A DNA stretch of 64,000 nucleotides from Octopus vulgaris (GCA_951406725.2 OX597815.1:105524001-105588000); one strand, 5' to 3'. Shown: positions 43,862-60,248, counted from the first letter of the stretch. A program made the numbers and translations. The notes: a model not told the origin generated them from the letters alone.

Positions 43862-45178
43862 CGCGCGCGCGAACGTGTGCGTGAAGATATGTATGTATGA
43901 ATGTAGGTAGGTAGGTAGGTAGGTAGGTAGGTAGGTAGGTAGGTAGGTAGGTAGGTAGGTAGGTAGGTATGTAGGTAGGTAGGTAGGTAGGTAGGTAGGT
44001 AGGTAGGTAAGTTTAATGTTATGTACATGTATCACTTTTATCAACAAATATAACTGCGTTGTTGACACGATATGATGAGAATTTATTACCCTACCACGAC
44101 TTTTACCCTGAACCTGAAACATACTAAGATATATTTTAGGTCTTATGCGAGTGAGCATAGTAAACACATTCTCCAAAGTTAGATCAATGCTTCATGAGTC
44201 AATACTTCCAGTTTTGGCTGAATTTATAAATGTATTACTATCTGATAAAAGTATAAATAGGCATCTACTGTATTTTGGAAATAGATGTAAAGTATTTTTA
44301 ATTCTGCAGATAATAAAAGTTTCTAATTTAGACAGAAGGCCACTCGTTTTAAATCGATCTCAGCACTTGAGTGGTATATATTTTATCGAGCCAGGAAAGA
44401 TAAAAGACAAAATCGATCTCGTCGGGATTTGAAGTCGAAACGTAAAAACGCGTAAATATAAACTACACGATATTTAATCCGGTACTCAAAACGCTGCTTC
44501 TACTTCAGCACCATTATTTTGATAGATTTAAAGCTAATAATTAATGAATGGGTTCAATGAGCGGGGAACATTTTTATAGTCATGTGACCAATAAGCATTA
44601 GCAACCAAATCTCTGCCATGATGCATTGGATGCTCTAGTCTAGAAACACTGTGTTTGAAAAACATAAATGAAATAGCATTGGCTTTAAAGCTTTTGGTGA
44701 GTGTAGATTTGTGCCTAAACAACAACTAATGACTGAAGTTATATCATATAGTTTTGATTGATATTTCTTTAAATTATATCATTTTAGATATGTTTTTAGA
44801 TGATATAATTTTGCTAATATACGCCATTAAATTATATATTTTAAGTAATATATAAACGGTAACTATGTTTTGGTGTCTTTAAATATTATATTTTTATAAT
44901 AAATCTCTATTAATGATATATTTTCTATAATATACATCCTTAAATGTTATTTTTTGATAATATGCTTCTAAATAATATAATTTTCGTATTATACATCTAT
45001 CACTTATATATTTTTGATAATGTGTCTGTTCGTGTAAATATTTTTGGTATTTTCTCTCATTTGTATGTCTTTGTATTTCCAATTTATTCCTTGTCAATGA
45101 AATTCGAAAAATAACAAAATGATGTTGGTATAAAAGAAAGAGAAAGGAAAAATGATCTAGCAGTGCTTTGAACACTAC

Positions 45179-45299
45179 TCACCTGAAGACGCGCATGTAA
45201 ACACCTATTATTGGATCATAGTAATGCAATATTGTGTATAATATGTGTAACATTCAGCAATTACCAGCTGATAATGATACGCCGAAACAATTGTAGTGG
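45179..45299 (+). ncRNA. Type I hammerhead ribozyme with ~94-nt stem II domain
   Basis: TCAC(45179-82):GTGG(45296-99); CTGAAGA(45183-89); stem II base cGCGcAT...ATaCGCc; GAAA(45284-87); palindrome ACAATTGT; GUA triplet (45293-95). AATAAA and a TA/TG microsatellite follow. Confidence 0.65.
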
Positions 45300-45346
45300 T
45301 TTGTAATAAAGACTGTTCATTCCATCTTCTCGTACTAAGATTATTT

Positions 45347-45383
<37 letters not shown>

Positions 45384-45768
45384 ATATGTATATAATGATA
45401 ACATGTGGCACAGGAAGATGACGACGGAACATACAGAAAACAAAAACACGCACAAAGGACGTGGATATGTTCTTCCCCCGTCTGTTATAGACAAAAAAAT
45501 CATTACAGTTTTGACACTTTATTGATGATATTGGTGGTGCCAACAGCAAAAAGTTGTTGAGGTACAAAACAAGCGAACATGAAGAAAAGAATAAGGCACA
45601 CATAAAACAGTGGATGTCTCATGACCAAACGGTAATATATGAAAAATACATGAAAATATGTGAAACAAAAAAACCTAGGACAATAGCGAAAAAAATTAAA
45701 CATAAAGAAACGACAAATATTTCTCTATATAGAAGGCCTTTCGGCTATGCGACAGATGTGTGTGTGTG

Positions 45769-45925
45769 TACGACAAGCTTCTTTTAGTTTCCGTCTACCA
45801 AATTCACTCACAAAGCTTTGGTCGACTCGAGGCTATAGTAGAAGTACAAGGTGTCAAGCAGTGGGACTGAACCTGGAACTATTTTCAGGAACAAACTTCT
45901 TACCATATACCTATGTCTACGCCTA
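45769..45925 (-). mobile_element. Second tRNA-derived SINE family, degenerate (related copies ~18800-18955 -, 52535-52690 -, 62650-62810 +; head at 63343-63377 +)
   Basis: Minus strand ...GGTAAGAAG..TTCCAGGTTCAGTCCCACTGC (B-box-like)...CTACTATAGCCTCG...TTTGGTAGACGGAAACT, ending in a CA microsatellite. Confidence 0.7.
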
Positions 45926-46212
45926 TATATCCACACCATTTTTGATATGTCTGTAAAAGGTGTATGGCGTTCATAAGGTGGATGCATTTGCATGAACAAA
46001 ACGCCAATTGTGACCACCGCATGTTTTCTTAAATAACTTAATCTACATTGTTTAAAAGACGATATATATTTCTGAGTTGCAGAAAAGAAGCAAATCTCAG
46101 TGAAATATGACACTAACCTATCACAGGAAATGTTTCTATAAAGATCAACTGTAACTTGTAGAATCTATGCGGCAAGGAAACTTAAATTCTACTTCGATAC
46201 TGCAAAAGATGG

Positions 46213-46990
46213 TGTAGCGGCACAAGCAGCTAGCGCCATGTTAGATGAGATCTTGTGGCAGCCATTACCATCTCCGAGACTGAAGCGAGACCTCACCTGC
46301 ATCCATTTGCCATGCGCGAGATCACAGCGAGGCTCGCGATGGAAACCATATAAACGGGAAACCAACTCTGACAATCTCTTCTGTGTTTCCTGTGACAGAC
46401 AATTACTTTCTTTTGTTACTGGACAGTTCTAGTACTTTGCCATTGAACATTTTGTCAAATTTTGTGCATGCCAATTTATATTTCTTGCAGTTATTTTTCT
46501 ATTTGACTTGTCACATTTTTGTACAATATCTTGTTGGTTGCGATCAGTTGCCATCTTTGCTCTTTCTTGACCCTGCTCCAGTTATTCTGTTTTCGTACTT
46601 CCGCATTCAGGGGGGAGCCTTTGTAGCGGCACAAGCAGCCAGCGCCATATTGGATGAGATCTCACGGCAGCTATTGCCATCTCCGAGACTGGAGCGAGAC
46701 CTCCCCTGCATCCATTTGCCATGCGCGAGATCACAACGAGGCTCGTGATGGAAACTATATAAATAGGAAACCGATTGAGACCTGTCTCTTTTGGCCCCAC
46801 CTTCACAGCAGCACTGGCTGAACACTACCACTGGCTGAGGCTTTCTGCCTGTCTATCTTCAGAGGCAATTTGCACCCGCATTATCGGAGCTTAAGATGGT
46901 GGCTGAGAGCAACACATTTCACCTTTCCTCTAAATAAACCAGTTGTAAATAGCAGTTTTTTCTCTTCATCTGCCGGAAGCCTGAACTACT
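46213..46990 (+). mobile_element. Internally deleted LTR retrotransposon (truncated LTR, 3' internal end, PPT, LTR)
   Basis: ~150-bp direct repeat starting TGTAGCGGC at 46213 and 46622; polypurine tract AGGGGGGAG (46609-17) precedes the second copy; TATATAAA (~46756), AATAAA (~46932), CTACT end (~46990). Confidence 0.65.
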
Positions 46991-47457
46991 TAAAGAACAA
47001 GAAGATGATGGAAGGAGACGATATTCCTACGATATCGTAAACCTTGCCTTCCTTATTAAAATAGCTATGAATTTGTTACGGTTGTGTTTAGTACATGCAT
47101 ATTGCTTTCATCTTTGTTGTTACTATTAACGTTGAGGTAGTGTTGCTGCCGTTACCGCACTTGTTAATGCTACTATAGTTGTTGTTGTTGTTATTGTTGT
47201 TGCTGCTGCTGCTGTTGTTGTTGTTTATCCCCAAACTGGTTCTGAATGATAAATTGCGTTCCGTTTATCACCAATCTTTTTGTTCATGCGTCAGAGACTA
47301 GTTAACCAATGTTTCCTTGTTTTTTTAACTCGATATTGTATGATTCGAACGATTGCGCCGCTACTTCTAAAATGCCATGTTTACCCATTATTGTTTACTC
47401 ATTATTGCTGTTTTTTGTTATTACTACTGATGTTTTGCCATTATTGTGGTTGTTTCT

Positions 47458-48167
47458 AAGGCGGCGAGCAGAATAGTTAGCACGCCGGGTGAAATGCTTA
47501 GCGGTATTTCGTCTGCCGCTACGTTCTGAGTTCAAATTCCGCCGAGGTCGACTTTGCCTTTCATCCTTTCGGGGTCGATAAATTAAGTACCAGTTACGCA
47601 CTGGGGTCGATGTAATCGACTTAATACTTTTGTCTGTCCTTGTTTGTCCTCTCTGTGTTTAGCCCCTGGTGGGTAGTAAAGAAATAGGTATTTCGTCTGC
47701 CGCTACGTTCTGAGTTCAAATTCCGCCGAGGTCGACTTTGCCTTTCATCCTTTCGGGGTCGATAAATTAAGTACCAGTTACGCACTGGGGTCGATGTAAT
47801 CGACTTAATACTTTTGTCTGTCCTTGTTTGTCCTCTCTGTGTTTAGCCCCTGGTGGGTAGTAAAGAAATAGGTATTTCGTCTGCCGCTACGTTCTGAGTT
47901 CAAATTCCGCCGAGGTCGACTTTGCCTTTCATCCTTTCGGGGTCGATTAAATAAGTACCAGTTACTCACTGAGGTCGATATAACCGACTTAATCCGTTTG
48001 TCTGTCCTTGCTTGTCCCTTCTGTGTTTAGCCCCTTGTGAATAGTAGAGAAATAGGTATTTCGTCTGTCTTTACGTTCTGAGTTCAAATTCTGCCGAGGT
48101 CAACTCTGCTTTCATCCTAATCGACGGCCCCCCTCCCATCAAATTTCAGGCCTTTTGCCTAGAAAGG
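47458..48167 (+). mobile_element. SINE concatemer: one head, three 184-bp body units and a divergent fourth, within one 18-bp TSD
   Basis: Units start at 47503, 47687, 47871 and 48055; units 1 and 2 are identical by eye. ATTATTGTGGTTGTTTCT occurs at 47440-57 and 48168-85. Confidence 0.9.
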
Positions 48168-48339
48168 ATTATTGTGGTTGTTTCTGTCGGTAGCATTGGT
48201 GGTGGTATTGGTTTTATCGCCGTTGTTGTCGCTCATGTAGTTGCTGTCGTTGTTGTTGCTTTTATTCTTGCTGTTGCAACAGTTGTTACTGCAGCTGCTA
48301 TTTTGGAAGCTCTGGCTACAGTTTTCTACTATTAGGTAG

Positions 48340-51000
48340 CTAATGTTCACTCTGAAAGATTATTGTAATTAATCGAAAATTCGATGTTGTTGGTGTCCAA
48401 TGTTAACAAAGACAAAATTGATCTTCCTTCCCGACATTTGTCACTGATATATTCCATCTTATAATGATGGGAAAACCTACGATGTGAATTATCAAGATAC
48501 AAGTCCAAACTTTTCACCAACCGGACACCTAGTTAATTATACAATGTATAATGCTGGCTCGTCTTTGAATCTTTACTACTCTGCTTATGCAAATTATCTG
48601 TCGTATTGTATTGCATTTCAGTACTTAATGTAGTTAACGATATATTTGAGAATACATCCACCAGCCAACCATATTTATTTTACATATTGACACAGAATAA
48701 CAAATGTCGATGGAATACACCAGTACCTTACTATAACTCAATTTATTGACATCCTACCAGAAGGATTAAAAACTACTTCAGTTCCTTAGAACAACGTAGA
48801 ACAGGAATGCCCAACTTATGCACATGAGCCAAAAGTGACACATTGAATTGATTAGAAATGGTGCATTGCTCCCCCGTAAACAATTTTTAATATTTGAGGA
48901 TTCTGAGACGGCTACCAGCGTCAGTCAATCGCATCTTTTTTTAAGCCAATTGAAACCTCTATGTCATGCTTTTGTTTTGTTCAACTTCTGCAAATATTTG
49001 CGGGTTTGCACTCCCCCCCCCCCCAAAAAAAAAAAAAATTCATCTTTGATTTTTTTATTTCAGCCGAAAGGAAAGCAGAAACTGATAGTAAATCTGAACT
49101 CAGTAAACAGTGGAAAGTGCGTTCTTATTTATAGCAGGTCGTTCAGAAGGAAAACCGTTGTGCATTGTTTCTGAAAAGAGTTTCTCACATAGTAGGAAAC
49201 ATGATCTTAATATGCTTTACGAAACACAAAATTAGACTATGTAGATCAATATAGAAAACAACTCAAGCTAGTGCTTGAGTTTGAGTTATGTAATACTTGA
49301 TTAATGAAAGTGAATAACTCAAAAAAGACAAAACGTATTTATTGAAAGATATTACAAAAGTTTGCAATGTAGAAATCTTCCCCTGAAACTATTTTAGTGT
49401 AAACCAGAAAATAGAAACCTTTCTCCTATGGAAAAGAGATTTATAGGTGTTGGCTCAAGATATTTATAAATTGTCTTAGTGATAAAAATATCGAAAGAAA
49501 AGTAGACAAAATTGCTGTCAAAAGCAAACAATTAAGTATTCCACTGAAGTGTTCCACGCAACCGTCTCAATTACATCACTCATGTTGTAGATATGAGCAA
49601 CTGAAAGCCCTTTTCCATGCTTATATTTTCTTTAGCTGAGGCAGAATCTACCGACATATTTGATACAGCTCAGACAAAAAACATTTTCTATAATAATGAC
49701 TGGTGATGATTTTAGCGTCTAAGAATTTGTCGGGTTTAGGTCAGTGCACAGTATAGCAAAAATTTCAGGACATTTTCTCAAAATAAAGTCATGCTTGGAA
49801 AACCTACAAGAAATTATCAGTAAACTCATCAGTAATTGTACTGACTGAGTTTTTCGACGTTTGGTAAAGCCATTGGAACAACAACTTTGCTTCAAAACTT
49901 TTTTATATCGGTCTATACTAAAATATTTATGAAAAGCGCACAAAAAATTAGAAACATGTATTAAACAGAGGGAAATCTAAAGAATATTGTAAAATATATT
50001 TGGAATATGGCGATCTTGTCCTCGGTTGTAAGGTGCGCTGACTTTTAGAAAATGAGTTCTGCACAGATTTTGGATACTAAAAAATACTTTTTATAATTTT
50101 CTAGAAAAGAAAAATGAACCGGACAAAGAAAGACTTGTTTACGAGATAAGAAGTGACATGTTGATTTAGCATTTCATTATTCATATACTTAGCTATCTTA
50201 ATTATCTAAATTTCAAACTGCAAGGTAAGAACAAATTATTTTCTCGCTTTTAAATGGTATTAATACATTCATAATTAAACAGAAACTGATCGTCTCTCAG
50301 GTAGAAGATGAGGATTTGAACCAGTCTCTGCACATAAAAGAGCTATCTGCCTGTACTGAGAATATTGGCAATTTTCAAAGTATGTTGAAAAATCAGGTAA
50401 TTACACGAGTTAATTGAATGTATTTCATGATTTTGTAAAAGAAGATTGCCTATTCATTTTTATAAACCCATTTTCATTTAATGAACAAAAAATCAGAAAA
50501 ATGCCTTGTAGCGTAGTAATGGAACTACTTGAATTGAAAACATATTCATTTGTGGAAATGAGGTTTGATTAGCTTCCTTCAGTTTCAAATAACGTTAATG
50601 CAGTTAATTTTAGGCGACAATTATTTTGTGAACTTTTTTCAGAAATTAGGACATTTTACCAGAACAACGTACAGGTACAAACAAACATTTTCGCCCATTA
50701 CACTGATATAAAAACAAAACGAGAGGACCATCAGCTGGTTTAAATTTGAAGAATTACTGTTCATTAAAAGCTTGGAAAAATCAAACCAGAATCATAAATC
50801 TCATTAAAATAAGCAATGGATTACATTGTTTCTCCTTTATATTAAATAGTTATATCATGCAAAAGTGCTCAATATGTCTAGATTAAAATGTTTTATACAA
50901 GAATCGAAGGTATAGCACTGGTACAGCGCATTTGAACACATACGTGAAAGACTTTGCTCCAGTTCGTAAACATTTCAAATCTTTATTTAAGTTGGCTGCT
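48340..51000 (-). pseudogene. Decayed TLR-like pseudogene 9
   Basis: FKCA...IPSIL (LRRNT-like, ~50900-50940); SNLNQLMVLS (~50720-50750); MFPTM*ETLFRNN; SNQF.C (LRRCT-like, ~48838-48858); RCSKELK; QYD..F and EKFGL..L.IH (TIR-like, 48475-48615). Confidence 0.45.
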
Positions 51001-51749
51001 TTCACTAAATTATTTAAAATAATTTTCTTCACAATGCGTGAGATACAAGTTTTGATTAACTAATATATGGTTTATTATAGTTGTTAATATCGTTGTCTTT
51101 CAATTTTTATATATAAATAGGAAGCACTGTATCAGTTTTCTTCTTTACATTTTGGTAGAACAACCTACGATTAAGGTAGCATTTCTGAAATTTTTCTTCC
51201 GTTATACTAGTATAGTGTTTAGTTATAATCTTGTTAATAGAATTTGATATCACATGCATGTATTTGATATCACAATTTCATGTATAGAAGCTTATATAAA
51301 TTTCGATTTTGACAATGTAGTATTAGAATTTGTAATATATTATTTTGATATTAGATGTGTAACTGAAACTTACCCTAATAGTATTTCTAATAGAATTTTT
51401 TATGTGGTCTATCTATATCTATTTTCGATACAGTCTTTAATTTTCGATATATCTATAGCCTATACAGAAAAATTATCCACAAGAGCTAAAACATATTTCG
51501 TAGTATTAGATTTAACGTTCGGTGAGAAAGGACGGAGTTCAAACCAAATAATCTTTCGGCATCTTTTCTTGGTAGATTTTAGGGCTAAGGGCATGCAATT
51601 AATTTTACCAGTTGATCTGTTTCCCTCCAACGCATTATCATAATTGTTAGTGACAAAGGTTATCTAACCATGAATCAGGAATTATTTTACATATAAAACA
51701 GATTTTAAGTATTATCAGCGGCGTTATAATTCTTATTAATATTAATATG

Positions 51750-52130
51750 ACAGCGAGCTAGTATAATCGTAAGCATACCGGATAAATGCTTTGCAGCATT
51801 TGGTCCGTCTTTACATTTTGTGTTCAAATTCCGCCGAAGTCGACTTTGCCTTTCATTCTTTTGAGATCGATAAAATAAGTTCCAGTCAACCACTGAGATT
51901 GATCTAATTCACTAACCCCCTCCCACCAAAAGTGTCTATAGTAGAAAGGAATATTGATAACGCGGCGAGTTGGCAGAATCTTCCGTTCTGACTGTTTACG
52001 TTCTCAGCTCAAATACTGCCGAGGTCAACTTTGCTTTATCCCTCCGGAGTCGATAAAATAAAGTACCAGGGTTGGTGTATTCCACTACATCCTTCCCAAT
52101 TGCTGGACTTGTGCTAAAATTAGGAATAAA
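51750..52130 (+). mobile_element. Two degenerate copies of the 23016-type SINE (another at ~44350-44510, -)
   Basis: GTTCAAATTCCGCCGAAGTCGACTTTGCCTTTCATTC and GGCGAGTTGGCAGAATC...GAGGTCAACTTTGCTT. Confidence 0.75.
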
Positions 52131-52934
52131 TATTAATAATGTTGAGGTTTTCATTAGCATTGGTATTTACTCGCCTTTAGTTCTTAGACAGTGGCTCCCA
52201 ACTGGTTCACCGCTTCGTACAGGTGCACAAGGAGTATCTATGAGTACCACGGGTTTTAAAATATAATTTAAAACTTTAAAAGATCTATGCTAGTGCTTGA
52301 GCGTCTTAAAATACGCATTATTTGTACTTTTGTTATTTACCTACTGATATATTACTATGTCACTATATCGACCGAATTATCGGATGTCGTTATACACCGC
52401 TGATTACAATGCATTTCCTCACATTGCTGTATCTTTCGAATAATTCCACCCGCTGGCTAGACGGCCAAGCCAACATACGCCCTCATTATATATATACGCA
52501 CATACACATACAGGTACTCACGCGCGCACAAATACACTGTGGACTTCTGCACCGCTCTCATCTATCAAACTTACAAAATTGTGGTCTACCCGAGGCTATG
52601 GTAAAAGTTATCTAACGTACAGCGGTATAATGGTGTGTACTCGGATCTACAAGGTTGAGAAGTCAGCATTTCAACAACATAACTCCCTCTGTTTCTGTGT
52701 GTGTGTGTGTGTATAAATTTTTTACTGTATGCATTTATATGTATATATATGTATGAATATGCATGTATGTACACATTAATAGAGAAGAAACAAGGATGTG
52801 GCGAAAATCTTAGTAGAAGAGATCAATGTGAGATTGGACATTTCACTGAAGAAAACCGAGATGGTAACTAAATATTAAATATGCAGATGGTCATGTAGAT
52901 GGCAGCACTGTGTAGGAAACGATCATTTACATAA

Positions 52935-55390
<2,456 letters not shown>

Positions 55391-55669
55391 CCTAGGTCAA
55401 ATCTGATCGAATAGACCAATGACCCAAGACATTCCAATCGTTACCATCCCGTCTCTTTCCTATGCTCAGGTACCCAGAAACACATTATTCCAATGCGTCC
55501 TTTTCTAAAATGGTTGCTTGTGAGTTGAAGATTTGCTGTAGCGTCTTTCGTTTGTTAGTGACGGTTGTAGTGGTCATTGGTGATTACTGGTGGTCACTGG
55601 CCTCTCCACTAACGCTCCGGACAGCTAACTGATGTGACACATTAAACAATGCCTGTGATCTTCACAGTT

Positions 55670-56900
55670 TCTCCTAAACTAGTGAAATAATTAAACCATT
55701 ACTCAACCTAAACATCTCTAGGTCAATGTTTGCAAGATTGTTTGCAGTAGAGTGAACTATGTTACTGGAAGCCAAGGACCAAATCGTGATTGCATTTGCT
55801 GTGTAACTTTGGTCATCTCTGACTGAGTAGACCAATGACGTATAGGTAGCCATTTTAACAACGATATGCAACTGATAGAATTATTGTTCAAGGTATACCA
55901 TATTTCTGCTTAATTGAAGACAATAGAGCACACTTTATAATGCAGCAGTTATTCGTATAGAGTGCAATGTTGCAGTAAGGACATGCACTTGCTTCACTGT
56001 CCAGTCTTTTATTTATTTATTTATTTGTTTTTCGGTGAAGAGAGAAAAGAGCCGTGCTCACAGCCTTTTCAGACCTTCCAAGGCTAGTACAATTCACACG
56101 ATTTAATGTTCCACTTGAACAGTTATAAGTTGACAGTTTAAAAATAGTTTGAACGGAGAAGGAATTCCAGAAAGCTGACGTTCTGTGTTTGGAGAGAAAG
56201 AAATTAGCGTCATTGTTAGTGTGGGGCCTGGGGAGATATGCAATATGGGTGACGAGATGGGAAGAGGCGAGTGAGTTGAGATTACCTAAGTAGAAACAGC
56301 ACGATACCATCCGGCTCTATGATTCAGAGGTTGAAGTGCATTGTTGAATAACTTCATGCCAAACAGACTGAATTCATTTGGTATAGCTGAGGCGTCTAGC
56401 ACCAGCATCATGCACATCATGCACATCATGCACTAGAAAAGTACTCTAGTATGGATATCACCCGGACTTTTTAAAGGGTCAGTTTTCTTTGGGTTTGAAG
56501 AAGACCAGTTTTGTTATGCTAAAAACTGGAGGATAATCTTTTCTTGATATGTATAGTAACTGTGTCTTTGGCATAGTCACATTGGAAGATCTTTTGTAGG
56601 TCTCTGTTCATGCAATCAGCAGAGGTTTGACACGAGATGCCTCGGTTGCATGTAAATGACAAAGGGGAGGGATGAAGAGATAGATATAGGCTAAAAAATA
56701 AAACAAGCACTTGAGAGGACAACTCTTGTCGTACTTCATTTGGGAATTGCAAATTCCAGAAGCGTGATTTTTGTACAACACATAGACAGACTAAATTGTT
56801 TTTGCACTAGCCTTTGATTTTCCTGGATTTAGATGACGATAGGTCTGCAGTCAGTGGAGAGTTAGGTATAATTTGACATTGCTGTCTGGAGAGGAAATGT
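55670..56900 (-). mobile_element. Penelope-like GIY-YIG region remnant with a nested L2/CR1-like 3' fragment (~56005-56400)
   Basis: PLE-like RDLQKIFQ..LSSSF, ASACPY, MFRLSNGL. The nested piece reads QPLNHR..FY..HRTSAFWNSF and ends in an (AAAT)n tail. Confidence 0.4.
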
Positions 56901-59308
56901 AGTTAGCTTGCTTGAGTATAAAATTATGATGTACAGGGGATTTAGTTATGATGTTATTGTGTCACCCCTTGTTATGTTGTGCCAAGACGTGTGCATCGAT
57001 GCGCTATTTCCTCAATAATGGCATTTAAGAGGATGTTGAGATATCGTAGCTGAGGTATAGAATTTGGTGCAACGGTTGGCGAGTTCGGTATTTATGTGTG
57101 CATATTTGGGTATGTATCTACGCGTGTGTGAGCTCGCGTGTGTCTACGCATGTGTGCACTCGTGTGTGTGTCTACACCTGTGTGCACTCGTATGTGCGAA
57201 AGTATGTGAGCATACGTGTTTCATATTGGTGGGTTTCATATTGCATATGATGTGTTATTATGGACATGAGATGTTGAAGTGTTATTATAGGCATAAACTG
57301 GATTTAAGATTTTGTGTATATTATGAGACCTCCGCTGTGGCTTAACCTGAAGAGTTCTGCATTGTGAGTACCATATCATTCCCGATCTATCACAGTGTCA
57401 GTTTTATGATACACATACTTTTAGCATCATGAGTAAGTCTCTAAGGACGTTAGATTTATATTGTAGTATGAATATCTAATTTGTTAGTGTTATGTTTATG
57501 AGCAAACGGTTTGTATACTTTAATGTATTCTCAGCCGAAAGCGACGTCGGTGAAGGGAGATAATACCAGTAAATCCGGTTTCCTTTTCTGTTATTGCTGC
57601 TCTTATCGCTTGTAATTTATACTGTAACTTCACGAAGTTTTTGTAAATGATAATGTTTAATAGCTTCTCACTGAGAGACAGGAATTATACTGTTGAACAT
57701 ATTTATTTTTATAGATTTTCAAATTTATTTGTAGGATTGTCTATTTCAAATTTTCTTTATGTGTAAGACCATTTCTGCTTTCAATCTGCAACCAACATGT
57801 CTTTGGTTTTGGTATATCATATTCAGAACTAACGGATCTAGTAAGTTGATCAATTTTTAAGATGGCAGGGAGAACACCGGAGGAAATTTGATTGCTAATT
57901 CTATTAGCACAATCAACCACATAGAATATTCTATGTTCCTTCGAGGTATTGGTGTTGAAGTGGGTGGCGTGTTAGGTTCACTAACGTGTGTCTGCGTATA
58001 TGCCTGCGTGTGTGTGTGTGTGTGTGTGTGTGTTATGTTGTGTGTGCACGACCACGTCTATAACCAAAGATGTTCCAATCATTACCATCTTGACATTTTT
58101 TTAGTCAAAGCGTACCGCATAAAGCGCTGTTCAATGTTTACTTCTTTTAAATGGTACTGTCTAATTTGCAGACAATTTAGCTGCTATTTGCAAAAAGGCA
58201 ACCGACCACGTAGAAGCTCATTCTTTTTTAGAAATATGAAGAAGACAGATTTCGATTTTTTTTTATTAATTTTTACTTTTTATTTTATTCCAGGCTAATG
58301 ATATTGATGCAGCTGATAATTTCAGATATGGCTCATCCATGTATTTAAATTAGATCGTAATTTAAATTTACCCAGCCACCTCAACACCCAAGCCACACAC
58401 ACACACACACACGCACGCACGCACACACACACACGCACGCACACACGCGTGCACGCACGCGTACACACACGCACACACACATTAACGCTCTTGCACACAC
58501 TCACATGTACATGTGCATGTGTATGTGTGTGTGCAGCGTCTGCGTGTCTATATATAAATATATTGATGATAAGCACGTGTCGCATGCAATATCTGCATGT
58601 GTATGGGAGTGTGTATGCACGTATGTATAAGTGTGTGGATGTGTGTATACACACATGTATTAATGTATGTAATCAAAACTGTATTTGAACCTGCGTGTGT
58701 CTCTATATATACGTGTGTCTACATACATACATACAGACAGATATACTGAAGCATACTCATACATATATACATACATACACGTGCATACGGACATATATAT
58801 TTGTGTGTGCGCGCGTGTGACTGTGTATGTGTCCGCGCGTGTGACTGTGTATGTGTGCGCGCGCGTATGTGTGTGTGTGCGTGTGTACATTGCCGACGAT
58901 ATTCGGTTTTCCATTTCACGGCGAGTGACAAGCATTCATCTACGCACCGAAGCATAATATTATGTCCTGGATTAAAGATTATATATGCATATCTGCTATC
59001 TACTCTGTATGATATATCCGAGATTCCTCTATTCCTTTCTATTTCATCCATATAAATATTGTTGTCATAGCGCTAGTTAATTTCATAACTTTTCAGATAT
59101 AATACTGGGTAATTTCAGAGACAAAACTACCAAATATTCGTCTGTTTTATATAAATTAAGATGTGCAGTGCACTGTGAAGTAAGACTGAATTTTCCAGTT
59201 GTTTGCTCAACATAATAGTAGACACTCTACAGAGGAAGCCCCGTGCTTTAGCCATATGGCATATTTACCATGTGAGGCTGAATGTATGTCCACTAAAAAA
59301 GATATGTG

Positions 59309-59362
<54 letters not shown>

Positions 59363-59366
<4 letters not shown>

Positions 59367-59923
59367 ACCAAGTAAGTTAGGGGGTTGTGGATCCAACCCA
59401 CTAAGGGATAATACTTATCCAATATACTGTTGGTATAATACCCAAATTCTTAATACACAAGTGTTTTTAATTGCAATGCAATAAACTTACTTATTGTATT
59501 AAATGGGTGAAGGTAAAGAACTATTTTACCATTAATTTATATAAAAAATAAGAAAATAGAGAAACACAGTTGGTTTATCAGCTTTACGATATTAGAATGT
59601 TGACTTATTTATTTATCAAAACGACAACCATAATAACATACATATATACAGTATAAAATTCAATGCATATAAGATAAGAATACAAGTAGTTATTAAAAAA
59701 AAACATTAATATAAATTATTAAAATCATTCCCTTGCAGCTGTTTCAGCCTATGGAAAAAAGTAATTTGCTGTGCCTATACATGTCAATTGTATTGAGGTT
59801 GTAGGCAGTTAAAAATGAGGTACTTATATATATATCCATAGGCCTGGTCAGAGATTATAAAGTACATTCAAAATATAAATATATACATGAAACAAGATAC
59901 ACACACAATTTAATATATATATA

Positions 59924-59978
<55 letters not shown>

Positions 59979-60248
59979 GTATGTATATATACTTACATAA
60001 GCAAATACATACACCTATACATGTACATAAATATATAAATAGATATAATTAAACATACTTTAAATGATTTTAATAATTTATATTAATGTCTTTTTAATAA
60101 CTACTTGTATTCTTATCTTATATGTATTGAATTTTATACTGTATATATGTATGTTATTATGGTTGTCGTTTTGATAAATAAATAGGTCAACATTCTAATA
60201 TCCTAAAGCTGATAAACCAACTAATGTGTTTCTCCATTTTCTTATTTG
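59363..60248 (-). mobile_element. Non-coding Penelope pLTR-like element with a ~180-bp inverted duplication and a decayed hammerhead
   Basis: 59547-59729 is repeated in inverted orientation at ~60063-60247 with few mismatches. A hammerhead motif and a (TA)n tract lie between the arms. Confidence 0.65.
59729..59856 (-). ncRNA. Decayed type I hammerhead with ~100-nt branched stem II
   Basis: Minus strand TCT-CTGACCA-gGCCTATGGA...TCCATAGGCt-GAAA-CAGCTG-CA-AGG. Perfect 9-bp stem II base, with core substitutions (CTGACCA, triplet GCA). Confidence 0.55.

Noticed and set aside
47503-48118. CRISPR-like or tRNA-gene array
   Set aside because: The units are 184-bp SINE bodies with no unique spacers and no complete cloverleaf, in a eukaryotic context.
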